Assembly (NCBI GenBank): GCA_963704645.1
Contig: OY969926.1
Coordinates: 672,001 to 736,000, forward strand
DNA: 64,000 nucleotides
Direction: 5' to 3'
Origin: an uncultured bacterium
GTDB taxonomy: Bacteria; Patescibacteriota; JACMRA01
The notes below the pieces were generated by a model, which was not told the origin of the DNA, did no database searches, and saw only the letters and a program-made list of their open reading frames with translations. Made by a program: the position numbers and the translations under genes. This document shows, in pieces, positions 1 through 10,353 of this stretch (position 1 is its first letter; each line of letters starts with the position of its first letter).

Positions 1-482
1 TGTCTACAATACACACTAACGATGCAGCAGGAGCTATTCCTAGGCTTATGGAAATGGGTGTTAGAGGTTTCTTACTAGCCGACTCTTTAGCAATAGTTAT
101 TGGGCAACGTTTAGTTAGGCGTCTGTGTGAAAACTGCAAGCATGAACACCCATTAACCTCTGAAGAAAGAACTTTGGTTATAGACCAATTAGCCAAAATG
201 CCAGCAGGCCACCTTTCTATTCCCCTTCAAATGAAATTCTATACTTCAGATGGTTGTGTAGAATGCAACGGACTTGGCTATAAAGGTAGAATTGGTGCCT
301 ACGAAGTTATGGTAGTTGGCGAGAAACTTAGAGAGCTGCTCTCGAACCAATTTCCTTCTATTAACCAAGTTAGACAAGTTGCTGCTCAAGAAGGAATGTT
401 AACCATGATGCAAGATGGAATTTTAAAAGCCATGCAGGGCTTCACAGATTTAAAGGAATTGGTAAGAAATATTTCTAGCTAA
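1..482 (+). CDS. pilB: Type IV pilus/T2SS assembly ATPase PilB/GspE family, C-terminal part (5' end outside window)
   Basis: Frame is open from the window edge (LSTIHTNDAAGAIPRL); GQRLVRRLCxxC...GCxxCxxxGYKGRIG zinc motif; TMMQDG C-terminus. Confidence 0.9.
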   Translation, partial: STIHTNDAAGAIPRLMEMGVRGFLLADSLAIVIGQRLVRRLCENCKHEHPLTSEERTLVIDQLAKMPAGHLSIPLQMKFYTSDGCVECNGLGYKGRIGAYEVMVVGEKLRELLSNQFPSINQVRQVAAQEGMLTMMQDGILKAMQGFTDLKELVRNISS

Positions 483-538
483 CAGCTTGACAAACTTTCA
501 TTGAAAAGGCCATATTTAGTTATTATATTTATATTATT

Positions 539-1105
539 ATGGATAACTCAATAATTCTTATTTTCCTTGTGGTAATTGTTATAGTAGCAATTTACGCAGT
601 ATTGGTTTACAACAATTTAATTACTTTAAAAATTAAAGTTAAAGAAGCTTCATCAGATATTGATGTTCAATTAAAAAGAAGATACGATTTAATTCCTAAC
701 TTGGTTGAAACTGTTAAAGGTTCTAAAAACTTTGAAGCCGAGACCTTAGAAAGAGTCGTAAAGGCAAGACAACAAGCTATAGATATTTCTGGTTTAGGAA
801 AAGATAAAGTTGCCGCTGAAAATATGCTTTCTGGTGCTTTAAGGCAGTTATTTGCATTATCAGAAAGTTATCCAGATTTAAAATCTAATCAAAACTTTTT
901 AGCTTTACAAGAAGAGTTAACCAACACTGAAGACAGAATATTGGCTTCTAGAAGATTCTACAACCAAGTTGTTACAGATTACAACTCTAGCCAAGATCAA
1001 TTCCCAGCAATTTTGTTTAAGTCTATAGCCAAGGCTTCTCCAGCAGATTTCTTTGAATTGGAGAACCCTACAGAAGAAAGAAAAAATGTTGCAGTTAAAT
1101 TTTAA
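539..1105 (+). CDS. lemA: LemA family protein
   Basis: N-terminal TM helix; IDVQLKRRYDLIPNLVETVKG and ESYPDLKSNQNF motifs. Confidence 0.95.
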   Translation: MDNSIILIFLVVIVIVAIYAVLVYNNLITLKIKVKEASSDIDVQLKRRYDLIPNLVETVKGSKNFEAETLERVVKARQQAIDISGLGKDKVAAENMLSGALRQLFALSESYPDLKSNQNFLALQEELTNTEDRILASRRFYNQVVTDYNSSQDQFPAILFKSIAKASPADFFELENPTEERKNVAVKF

Positions 1106-1147
1106 TTTGCCAAAAATAAAGAAAATTATTTAAATTAGTTCATAGAT

Positions 1148-1429
1148 ATGTCGTCCACCGTTAAAACTGCTGTAAAACCAGATAAAAGCAAGATTATTCA
1201 AAAGCATCAAATTCATAAAACAGATACAAGTTCACCTGAAGTAACAATTGCTTTACTTTCTGAAGAAATTTTGAAACTTACTGATCACTTGAAAATTAAC
1301 CCAAAAGATTTTTCATCCAGAAGAGGTTTATTAAGAAAAGTTGGAAAAAGAAGAGATGTTTTGAGATACCTTTCTACTGTAAGCCAAGCTAGATATAAGA
1401 AGACTTTAGCTGTAAATAATTTAAAGTAA
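1148..1429 (+). CDS. rpsO: 30S ribosomal protein S15
   Basis: DTSSPEVTIALLS...HLK.NPKDFSSRRGLLRKVGKRR. Confidence 0.95.
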   Translation: MSSTVKTAVKPDKSKIIQKHQIHKTDTSSPEVTIALLSEEILKLTDHLKINPKDFSSRRGLLRKVGKRRDVLRYLSTVSQARYKKTLAVNNLK

Positions 1430-1451
1430 TTTAATATAGTTGTATTTTATT

Positions 1452-1475
1452 AGCTCCTAATAAGGAGCTTTTATT
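1452..1475 (+). terminator. Intrinsic terminator after rpsO
   Basis: AGCTCCT-AATA-AGGAGCT followed by a T-tract. Confidence 0.7.
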
Positions 1476-1567
1476 TTATTTAACAATTCTATAATACTAC
1501 TAACATATAATTTAGCAGCTTATATTATGTGGACAGTTACTAGCTAGCCATTAACAGTTATTTTATT

Positions 1568-1804
1568 ATGAAACAAAAAAATCAACATCTAGTAAATTTA
1601 GGTACTGCCCTAAGAGCATACAGAGAGTCGAAAAAAATTTCTCAAGAAAAACTCGCTGCCATTGTTAAATTACACCGTAATTATGTTGGTCAGTTAGAAC
1701 GTGGAGAAGTTAATATTAGTTATTTAAACATAATTAAACTTATTGAAGCCTTAGAAATTAAAGTTGAAGATTTAATTACAGAATTAAGCAAAGCCAAAAA
1801 GTAA
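1568..1804 (+). CDS. XRE/Cro-family HTH transcriptional regulator
   Basis: ISQEKLAAIVKLHRNYVGQLERGEVNIS HTH_3 signature. Confidence 0.9.
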   Translation: MKQKNQHLVNLGTALRAYRESKKISQEKLAAIVKLHRNYVGQLERGEVNISYLNIIKLIEALEIKVEDLITELSKAKK

Positions 1805-1912
1805 ATTAATAGATAGTTTACTTAATCCAGCCTATAAATACTCAAATCTAAATTCATTGTAAGTTTGTATTATTTGTTTGTCATTTTCTCGTTTCAAAGG
1901 TACAATGTTAAA

Positions 1913-2275
1913 ATGAAGATAGATACGATGCAAATTTCCACGTTTATATCAATGGTGGTTATTATAACTGCTGGAGCTATTCTGTTATCTACACAATTTG
2001 CACTTTACACTGCAGATGATTCAAAATATTTAGAAAATGCCTTAATTTCCAATAGAAGAAAGCAAGTTTTGGGTGCTTCAACAAACAATGTTGAAAATAA
2101 CCAATTAAATTCTACACTTTGTCCTGAACAAAGTCAGGTTCTGGGATATATAAATTACAGAGGTGAAAAATTAATTTTAGACAATAAAAATTTAGATCAA
2201 AAACCAACAGCTTGTTTTAAAACTGTAGAGGAAGCTAACTCTGATGGTTATTATTATGTAACGGAAAGTAAGTAG
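1913..2275 (+). CDS. Membrane-anchored hypothetical protein with small Cys-containing C-terminal domain
   Basis: N-terminal TM; CP...CFKTVEEA..DGY resembles small nuclease-associated C-terminal domains; start placed 6 nt after a TTGTCA-N17-TACAAT promoter. Confidence 0.55.
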   Translation: MKIDTMQISTFISMVVIITAGAILLSTQFALYTADDSKYLENALISNRRKQVLGASTNNVENNQLNSTLCPEQSQVLGYINYRGEKLILDNKNLDQKPTACFKTVEEANSDGYYYVTESK

Positions 2276-2485
2276 TTCATTTAAGAATATAATCTACTCG
2301 AAATAATTTAAAAAAATATTTGATATGGCCACATGTCCTGTCCTATTTTTAAAATATTGAAAATAAAGAATTAGCACTCCGAAAAAGTATTCCAATGAAA
2401 AAATCCTGTTTACCTACATTTGCCCCCCCACAGTGGCGAATTGTTATACACAATAATGTTTTCTTAATGATATTAGTATAGAAGA

Positions 2486-3456
2486 TTAAGCAGCGTCGGC
2501 TAGCCACTTTTCTATATCCATAGCTGCTTTGCATCCATCACCTGCCGCTGTTATGGCTTGTCTATATTTTGTATCTTCAATGTCTCCGGCTACAAAAATT
2601 CCCTCTACTTTAGTGCTTGTGTCGTATTTACTAGTTCTACTTTCCTGAGGTAGGTGGGTTTGATTCAACAAATAGCCTGCTTCGTTCATATCCAGTAAGC
2701 CGTTTACAAAACTAGAGTTTGGTATATGGCCAATTCCCATAAATACTCCATCTAGTTTCATTATTTTAATTTCTCCACTGGTGGTATCGGTTAATTCTAC
2801 TGAGTTAATTAAGTCATCTCCAATAAGTTTTGTTACTATTTTGTTTTCTATAAAACTAATTTTAGAATTATTTTTTGCCCTGTCTAACATTATTTTACTG
2901 GCTCTGAAGTTGGAACTTCTGTGAATTATATAAACTTTTTCAGCAAACTTAGTTAAAAAATCTGCTTCTTCCATAGCTGAATCGCCTCCACCAATTACTG
3001 CAATCACTTTGTTTTTATAAAAGAAACCGTCGCATGTTGCGCAGCTATGATAACCTTTTCCTACCCATTTCTCTTCTCCTTCCAGGCCTAAATACCTAGC
3101 TTTAGCCCCAGTTGCAATAATTACTCCGTCAAATTCTTCCATTTTACCTTCAACATTTAAGCTGAATTTGTGTTCTGCAGCTTCATTAATTTGAATTGAT
3201 GTTACTTCGGCGTAATTTACCTTGGCTCCAAACCTTTCTGCTTGTTGTTGCATATTTCCCATAAGTTCCGGCCCATAATTCCGTTTACAAAACCAGGAAA
3301 GTTTTCAATTTCAGTTGTGGTTGTTAGTTGTCCACCCGGTTGTATTCCAGCAAAAATTGTAGTGTCTAGACCACCTCTGGCTGTGTATATTGCGGCAGTT
3401 AAACCAGCAGGGCCAGATCCGATAATTGCAACTTTTGGGATTTTTGGGGAATTCAT
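2486..3456 (-). CDS. trxB: Thioredoxin reductase (single frameshift near 3270, probably a sequencing error)
   Basis: [43 protein letters not shown]. ORFs 3217..3456 and 2486..3262 join as [10 protein letters not shown] when one base is restored in ATGGGCCGGAA. Confidence 0.9.
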
Positions 3457-3637
3457 AGAATGTTTTTTAGTTCTAAAATATCCTATAATTTATTTACTAA
3501 TTAGACAAGCGGGTTAAATTTCAACAATAAAATTTGAACGTCCTAATATATTTTAGAAAAGAGAGTATTTATAAGAGATTATTTTTTTAGAAATGACAAA
3601 AAATAATAATTCACACACATTAAATTAAAAGCCAATT

Positions 3638-3985
3638 ATGACTAAAATTACTATTACCAACAATGAAAACAATCAGAAAATTGCAGAGGGTATTTTGGGG
3701 CAGAATGTGGTGAAAGTAGAAGGAAACTATTATTTTCAACCAGATTTAGTAGATTTTTCTAACACGGTTATGGAAGAAGATGCCTATTATTGCCCAATTA
3801 AGCATAGCAAATGTGACTACTATTTTTTAGTAGATTCAAAAGGTGTAAAACAAGATAGAGAAATGTGCTGGATTTACAATGAAGTTAGCAACCCACTGTT
3901 TAAAAATATTGCTGAAATGGTAGGAATGTATAGCCAAAATGTTGAAGGAAACGGTGTTTCTATTGTTGAAGAAGAAGCTGTCTAG
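3638..3985 (+). CDS. DUF427-like protein
   Basis: VEGNYYF...CPIK...CDYY...WIY pattern. Confidence 0.7.
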   Translation: MTKITITNNENNQKIAEGILGQNVVKVEGNYYFQPDLVDFSNTVMEEDAYYCPIKHSKCDYYFLVDSKGVKQDREMCWIYNEVSNPLFKNIAEMVGMYSQNVEGNGVSIVEEEAV

Positions 3986-4196
3986 GAATTTATCGAGAGA
4001 TCAAACGGCTCAAATATCGTTTGAAGTTAAAGTAATTGCTTCAGCTTTGTGAAAGTAACTACTTGAGCTAAAATATTATTAACTTGAAAGTATGGAGTAC
4101 TTTTGAGATTATTTGTTTAACCGCTTAGACACATTAGGCCGAAACTGACGCTGAACCAAGCTCAGCTCGCACCAGCAAGTGAAACAAGTTCAGGGT

Positions 4197-5276
4197 TGTA
4201 TATGTCAACTTATTCAGTGACAGAATTAAGTTTCTCATAGGGAGTAATATTACCAATACCTTGATGTCTTCTAATATGGTTGAAGTAGCAACAATATTCA
4301 AATAATTCTTCTTCTAAACTTTCTTTATCTGGGTATACTTGCTCTCTAAGTAATTCTTCCTCTAAACTTCTCCAGAATCTTTCTACTTTACCATTGGTTT
4401 GTGGCCTGTAGGCTCTAGTGTACTTATGCTTAATGTTGTATTCTAACAGTAATCTTTCAAATGGATGGTTTTGTTTGTTTTCTTCTTTTGTTTCTTTCCT
4501 TCCAAATTCGGGTCCATTGTCTGTTAATATACTTTGAAAATCTATGTTGTAACATCTATTGAATACTGCTAATAATCTTTGAGTATAAAGCATAACTGTT
4601 AGAGCTTGCAGATTAGGTATTAGTATGGTCATAACTATTCTAGTAAAGTCATCTGTTAAGCTTAGTAGAAAGTATTCATTCTTTTCACCCTCCAGTATTC
4701 CTTTAGCTAGTCTGTGGCAATCCATATGGCCTAATTCTCCTGCTTTATCTTTAATGATTCTTCTTTTGTTAGTTTGAATTACTCTTGGATCTAATCTATT
4801 CAATCCTTTCTTTAATAGTATATTGTAAATAGTCGTAGGTGAAGGAGTATATTTACCATACTTAGGTAAAAGGAAATCGTGTATCTCATATCTACCAAAT
4901 CCTTGGTTTCTAAGTTCAATAATCTTATTCTGTATGAAAGGAATACTTTTTAAACTACCAAACTTTCTCCCTCTTTTCTTTGGAATTAAACTACTATCCA
5001 TAGAAACTAATTTATACCTATTGTAATATTTGATGAAGTTTTGTCTAGTTATATTATTTGCTTTGTAGAATTCATTTACAAATACATATCTAGGATGTTT
5101 CCTTGTTTTAATTAATTCATATTCTTGAACTAATTGTTTCATATGTCTAAGGTAATTCTTGGTTAAAGTATTATCATTTAAACGCATATTATGTTAGAAT
5201 ATATGTTGTTAAAAATTTAACAGAAATAATCTAAAAGAAGATTTAAATTCTGTCACTGAAATTTATGACATATACA
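4197..5276 (-). mobile_element. IS481-family insertion sequence (1080 bp), ~31-bp imperfect terminal inverted repeats, 5-bp target duplication AGGGT
   Basis: Ends TGTATATGTCAACTTATTCAGTGACAGAATT and AATTCTGTCACTGAAATTTATGACATATACA (TGT...ACA ends); AGGGT at 4192-4196 and 5277-5281. Confidence 0.92.
4210..5187 (-). CDS. IS481-family DDE transposase
   Basis: GELGHMD...LTDNGPEF...YRPQTNGKVERFWRS rve/DDE core in a single ORF. Confidence 0.92.
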   Translation of the reverse strand: MRLNDNTLTKNYLRHMKQLVQEYELIKTRKHPRYVFVNEFYKANNITRQNFIKYYNRYKLVSMDSSLIPKKRGRKFGSLKSIPFIQNKIIELRNQGFGRYEIHDFLLPKYGKYTPSPTTIYNILLKKGLNRLDPRVIQTNKRRIIKDKAGELGHMDCHRLAKGILEGEKNEYFLLSLTDDFTRIVMTILIPNLQALTVMLYTQRLLAVFNRCYNIDFQSILTDNGPEFGRKETKEENKQNHPFERLLLEYNIKHKYTRAYRPQTNGKVERFWRSLEEELLREQVYPDKESLEEELFEYCCYFNHIRRHQGIGNITPYEKLNSVTE

Positions 5277-5411
5277 AGGGTGACAGTGTACTATAGCATC
5301 GGTAAATACTTATCTTCTATTTTAATTCCAAGATAGATTTCTTTGACAAAAGGTTGTTAAGGAAGTACTTTACAAGTAATATTAAACAAAATAATAAACA
5401 ATATATATCTT

Positions 5412-7976
5412 ATGTTTTCAGCTGTTCCTGTGCAAGTAACCACCAATTGGCAAAATCAAACTTTAACTTTAGAAACCGGTTTGCTGGCCAGACAAGCAAG
5501 CGCATCGGTTTTAGCCACAATTGGTGAAACAAGTGTACTTGCCGCAGTGGTTATAGGTAAAGAAACCAACCAAGACTGGCTACCTTTGCAGGTTATTTAT
5601 GAAGAAAGGCTTTACGCCAGCGGTAAAATTAAGGGTTCTAGATTTGTTAAAAGAGAAGGCAGACCTACAGAAAACGCTGTGTTAATTGGCAGAATGGTAG
5701 ACAGGTCGGTTCGTTCTTTGTTCAATCAAAATATTAGACAAGAAATTCAGATTGTCATTACAGTTTTAAGTTTAGATGAAATTAATTCGCCAGATACACT
5801 TGCAGTTTTAGCAGCTTCAGCAGCTTTAAGTTTATGTAATTTAGTAGATGTTGCAAATTTAGAAAACTCCGTTTTTGCTGGCCCTGTTAGTGCGGTTAGA
5901 GTAGGGATGATGCAAGCCAATGTTGGCAGTGTTTGGGTAGAAAAAGTTGCTAATTTACTTCCTTCCGCTGAAAGTTTAAACGATTTACGACCAGTTTTAA
6001 CAGAAGTGGCAAGAAATGTAGACGACAGTATTGCACAAGAAAAAGCTAGCTTGGAAGAAATTTTTAGTATGCTTGGAAGGAAAAACCCAGAATGGGCGGC
6101 CAAGTTTAGGCTAATGTACAAAACTGTAGAAAAGCTTCCAAGACAGCTTGTTTTAGAAGAAAATAATGTTCAGCCTAAAATTGTAATTAATCCAAGCGCT
6201 GCTTTAGTTAGTTTGTCAGAACTAGATTTAGTTGTATCTGGAGATGGAAAAAACATTGTTATGGTAGAAGCTGGAGCAAATATTTTAAGTGAAAATAATA
6301 TGATGCTGGCTATGGAAACAGCGGTTGAAGAATTGGCACTTTTAAATAATTTCCAAAAAGAATTTATTACTAAAGCAGGTGTTAAAACTAATAAAATTGT
6401 TGTTAGTACTTCTAACACCGAAGCTTTGAATTACTGGAGAGAAAGAAAGCAATTATTAGAGTCTGTTTTATATTCTACAACTAAAAAAGAAATTAGAACT
6501 GTTGCAGTTAAAGAGGTTGTTTTAGTAGCTAGAAGCGTTGTTGAACAACAAAAAATGTTGTTAAATGCAGAAGCTCCAGGGTTATTACCTACCTATGAAC
6601 TTCCAAAGGTTGTATCTGACTTTTGGTCAGTTTATACTGATAAGGAATGGTTTGAGTATTTCTCAATTGAAAAAGAAATTTTAGATGGTAATCAAGATTG
6701 GCTGAAAAGCTTTGAACAGGCAGTTGAGATATTAACTTGTGAAATTGTAAAAGAAGCAATTTTGAATCTAGACAAGCGTTTAGATGGTAGGGCAATAGAC
6801 GAAATTAGGCCAATTTCTTGCCAAATAGATGTGCTTCCAAGAACACATGGCTCTAGTTTGTTCCAGCGTGGAGAAACTCAAGTATTGAATATTTTAACCT
6901 TGGGTACAACTGAAGATGCACAAATTTTAGATGATATGGAAGATTTTGAAGAAACAACAAAGCGTTATATTCATCACTATAATTTTCCACCATATTCTGT
7001 TGGTGAAACTGGAAGATACAGTGGTCCTGGCAGAAGAGAAATTGGGCATGGAGCATTGGCTGAAAAGGCTTTGTTACCTGTGTTGCCAGATGAACAAGAT
7101 TTCCCTTACACATTAAGGTTGGTTAGCGAATGTTTAGGTTCTAACGGTTCAACTTCAATGGCTTCTACTTGTGCTTCCAGCTTAAGTTTATTAACAGGAG
7201 GTGTTCCAATTAAAGCATCTGTGGCTGGTATTGCTATGGGGTTGGTAATTGATCAAAATACTAAAAACTTTAAAACTCTAACAGATATTCAAGGAGCAGA
7301 AGACCATTATGGTGATATGGATTTTAAAGTAACAGGAACTAAAGACGGAATTACAGCTTTGCAGTTAGACAATAAAGTTGCAGGTTTAAACATTGAAGTT
7401 TTAAAAGAAGCTTTGGAAAAAGCTAGAATTGGCCGTATGTTTATTTTAGGCGAAATGGAGAAAGCAATTGCTTCACCTAAAAAAGAAGTTTCTAAATATG
7501 CTCCTAAAGTTTTAACAGTGCAAGTTCCAATTGAAAAGATTGGTGAAGTTATTGGTCCAAGTGGTAAAATAATTAAATCCATTATTGCTGAAACTGGAAC
7601 AACTATAGATATTGATGATAAAACAGGTTTGGTTTACATTTACGGAAAAGACATGGAAAAAGTTGCTTTAGCTGGCAAAATAATCACAGCTATAGTTAAA
7701 GACTATGTTGTAGGGAATGTTGTTAGCGGAGAAGTTTTCAGAATTGAGGCTTACGGCGCTTTTGTAAAAATTGATGGTTCAGATAGAGAAGGATTAATTC
7801 ATATTTCCCAAATTAGCAAAGAAAGAATAGGTAAGGTGCAGGACGTTTTAAAAATGGGGCAAATAGTACAGGCCAAAGTGATTGAAGTTAATGATCGTGG
7901 ACAAGTTAGCTTAAGTATGAAAGAAATGGAGCTAAGCCCTTCAAATAATGATGAGTCAATCAAAATCATTGTCTAA
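5412..7976 (+). CDS. pnp: Polyribonucleotide nucleotidyltransferase with internal insertions
   Basis: LETGLLARQA, RREIGHGALAEKAL, SNGSTSMAS, EDHYGDMDFKV; KH (IGPSGK) and S1 domains. Confidence 0.95.
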   Translation: MFSAVPVQVTTNWQNQTLTLETGLLARQASASVLATIGETSVLAAVVIGKETNQDWLPLQVIYEERLYASGKIKGSRFVKREGRPTENAVLIGRMVDRSVRSLFNQNIRQEIQIVITVLSLDEINSPDTLAVLAASAALSLCNLVDVANLENSVFAGPVSAVRVGMMQANVGSVWVEKVANLLPSAESLNDLRPVLTEVARNVDDSIAQEKASLEEIFSMLGRKNPEWAAKFRLMYKTVEKLPRQLVLEENNVQPKIVINPSAALVSLSELDLVVSGDGKNIVMVEAGANILSENNMMLAMETAVEELALLNNFQKEFITKAGVKTNKIVVSTSNTEALNYWRERKQLLESVLYSTTKKEIRTVAVKEVVLVARSVVEQQKMLLNAEAPGLLPTYELPKVVSDFWSVYTDKEWFEYFSIEKEILDGNQDWLKSFEQAVEILTCEIVKEAILNLDKRLDGRAIDEIRPISCQIDVLPRTHGSSLFQRGETQVLNILTLGTTEDAQILDDMEDFEETTKRYIHHYNFPPYSVGETGRYSGPGRREIGHGALAEKALLPVLPDEQDFPYTLRLVSECLGSNGSTSMASTCASSLSLLTGGVPIKASVAGIAMGLVIDQNTKNFKTLTDIQGAEDHYGDMDFKVTGTKDGITALQLDNKVAGLNIEVLKEALEKARIGRMFILGEMEKAIASPKKEVSKYAPKVLTVQVPIEKIGEVIGPSGKIIKSIIAETGTTIDIDDKTGLVYIYGKDMEKVALAGKIITAIVKDYVVGNVVSGEVFRIEAYGAFVKIDGSDREGLIHISQISKERIGKVQDVLKMGQIVQAKVIEVNDRGQVSLSMKEMELSPSNNDESIKIIV

Positions 7977-8005
7977 TTGACAAAACATGTTTATTGGCAA
8001 AATAA

Positions 8006-9376
8006 ATGCATATGATATCATTTCTTTATTTCTTGGCAACTTTAATAGTTATTGTTTTTGTAATAACTAGGCTTGTTTTTCCTCAGCTGGATTCATCTTT
8101 TAAAACTGAAAAAAATAGTAAGCTAGATAAAAAACCTTTTAATATTGGAGTTTTACTTTTGGGTGCAGGGCCAATCTTGGCTGGTATTGGTATGTTTGGT
8201 CTGATGATACGCTATTGGACAGATATTTCTAATGTTGGACGCTTGGGCATTGTGTTAATTTTGTTGGTTGTGTTTTTTACTTCAGGAATATACCTTAATT
8301 TTTATAAAAAGAACCTTGTAAACGAAACTCTATCTGAAGCTTTGTTAATTTTAACCAGTTTTAGTTGGGGTACTGTGGTGTTTTTATTTGCCACTGTTTT
8401 GTCTGATAATTTAGGTTATCCGGCATTGGGTTTAAGTGAAATTTTGGGTATTTGGGCTTTGGGAATAATCCCTTTGGTTTATATTACAAGAAGTATTTGG
8501 ATAATTGCCATTCAAACTTTAATACATTTATTGTGGCTTTTTACCTATCTAGGTGAAAATGTTAACGCCTCTCATTTAATAACTTTAAGTCAAAATGCAG
8601 ACACATTTTTAATTCAAAATAGATTAGTTTACTTTATATTATTGTTGGTTCAAAGCGCAATGTTTGTGTGTTTTTACAGATGGCATGAAATAGAAGATAA
8701 AACTTTAAAAAACAATAGAATTTTAAAGTATTCAACTGGAATGTTGGCTTTTCTTTCTGTCGGTGTAAGTATTTGGAGAGGGGTTGTTGAAAACTGGGCA
8801 GTTTTTTCTAACCAAGACAATGCTTGGATAATTGCAATTATAACAGCAGCTGTAACACTAATTATTTTTGGTATAGACCAAATTGGTAAACATTACCCAA
8901 CAAAATATAATTTACACTGGCTTGTTGCAATTGTGTATATAATTGCTGGAATAGTAGGTCTTTTCCCTTTTTCGCTAAGTTATTTTACAGGAATGTATTT
9001 CTTGCAAACAGCATTTTCATTATGGCTTTTAGTAGACTTTATTAGAGAAAGAAGTAAGGTCGCTGAAACTATGTTTTATGTATTCAATGCTGCTCAAATT
9101 ATTGCTTTAACAATTTCAAGAGATAATTTTAGTTTGTTCCAACTAATTGTTCTATTGGCAATTTTAATTTACGCTATGTTAATTCATCAGAACATGAAGG
9201 CTTTTGTGTACTATGTTTGGGTTTGTGTAATTTTATCTTTCCTTGTAAAAATTCTTATTTTACAATTAGACTTCTTCTGGATTTCGCTTATTATCGGGTT
9301 GTTCAGTATTGTTTTAGGCTGGTTATACACTACAGGAAAAATTAAGATTGGCTCAGGAAATACACTAAATAAATAA
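8006..9376 (+). CDS. Polytopic membrane protein (DUF2157-like)
   Basis: Many TM helices; G..L.GIG......YW pattern near the N-terminus. Confidence 0.6.
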   Translation: MHMISFLYFLATLIVIVFVITRLVFPQLDSSFKTEKNSKLDKKPFNIGVLLLGAGPILAGIGMFGLMIRYWTDISNVGRLGIVLILLVVFFTSGIYLNFYKKNLVNETLSEALLILTSFSWGTVVFLFATVLSDNLGYPALGLSEILGIWALGIIPLVYITRSIWIIAIQTLIHLLWLFTYLGENVNASHLITLSQNADTFLIQNRLVYFILLLVQSAMFVCFYRWHEIEDKTLKNNRILKYSTGMLAFLSVGVSIWRGVVENWAVFSNQDNAWIIAIITAAVTLIIFGIDQIGKHYPTKYNLHWLVAIVYIIAGIVGLFPFSLSYFTGMYFLQTAFSLWLLVDFIRERSKVAETMFYVFNAAQIIALTISRDNFSLFQLIVLLAILIYAMLIHQNMKAFVYYVWVCVILSFLVKILILQLDFFWISLIIGLFSIVLGWLYTTGKIKIGSGNTLNK

Positions 9377-9693
9377 TGTCAGTTAACCAAGTTTATTACG
9401 CTTTTGCTTTATTTGGATTTATTTTAAGTAATACACTTTTCCTAATTCTGGGCGGGGGATATGAAGGAGATAAGGGTGATAAATCGATTATTTTAGATTT
9501 ACTTGGTTTGAAAATACATTTTCACCATTGGATGTTGGGCTTCGTTCTTTTGGTTATAACTTTATTCATTGAAACTATTTTTAGTTCTGATAACAAAAAC
9601 CTATTTGTATCTTTTTTAAAAGGGACATTTTTCGGAATGATGTTCCACGGAATTGCTTTTTACACAGATTATTTCCAGATATTTAAAAAATAA
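9376..9693 (+). CDS. Small membrane protein with HFHHW motif
   Basis: Three hydrophobic segments; TAATG translational coupling to the upstream gene. Confidence 0.65.
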   Translation: MSVNQVYYAFALFGFILSNTLFLILGGGYEGDKGDKSIILDLLGLKIHFHHWMLGFVLLVITLFIETIFSSDNKNLFVSFLKGTFFGMMFHGIAFYTDYFQIFKK

Positions 9694-9781
9694 ATTTATT
9701 TTACGAACGGGATATTTTCTAAACGATAAACAAGCTGCTTCATCTTTAAAGTGCTCCTCATGTGTGGTGCAGATTGCCGTT

Positions 9782-10249
9782 TTACCTAAGACCTAACATG
9801 CACAAAATATTGTGAACAAGGTTTTTCTTGGCAGATTCCTCAGAGTAAGGTAGATAGTTAGATATTGCATCAATAAATTCTGCTACACCCGGTTGGCTTG
9901 TTTCTAAATAAAAATAATAAAATTGCTGGCTAAATTGAGTAGTTTGAATTGTAAATTCTAAGTTTTCATCTAAATCAGTTAAAGCCCAAGAAAGACAGTT
10001 GCTCCATTTTAATATCTCTTCACCAATGTGAATTCCTTCTGGTTCAATTTCAATAACCATTTTTATAGGAGGTCTTCCCAATATAATAAAGCCTGCTATT
10101 GTACTAACTAACATTGTAGATGAAACAAAAATGTCTCTGTAAAGAAGAAAAGTAAGCACTGTTATAAACGCCCCAATAGCTAGGATATAGTACAATTTAA
10201 CGCTGTGTTGCAGGTTTAGTAATTTAGATCGGGCGGAGATCTTTAACAT
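9782..10249 (-). CDS. Hypothetical membrane protein (2 TM plus soluble domain)
   Basis: ORF length, TM pattern and upstream TTGCCA promoter. Confidence 0.6.
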   Translation of the reverse strand: MLKISARSKLLNLQHSVKLYYILAIGAFITVLTFLLYRDIFVSSTMLVSTIAGFIILGRPPIKMVIEIEPEGIHIGEEILKWSNCLSWALTDLDENLEFTIQTTQFSQQFYYFYLETSQPGVAEFIDAISNYLPYSEESAKKNLVHNILCMLGLR

Positions 10250-10353
10250 AAAAATATTCTACTACTTTTAAAGTTTTTTGGCAAAGTTAGTACTCTGGGT
10301 GGTTGTTTTTGACTATGCTTATATTCTAAAGTAGAATTAGAAAAATATAAAAA

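Noticed and set aside
2371-2397. CIRCE operator for HrcA
   Set aside because: Only the left half-site TTAGCACTC matches; the right half and spacing fail, and it lies between convergent genes
3217-3290. Programmed frameshift or pseudogenisation of trxB
   Set aside because: Single missing base in a GGGCC run, no slippery heptamer and otherwise intact motifs; most consistent with a sequencing indel
10296-10325. Eighth copy of the orphan promoter motif (TATGCTTATATT) upstream of 10354
   Set aside because: The proximal element matches but the TTG -35 part is absent at the required spacing; orphans 19358 and 51038 also lack the full motif and were not counted
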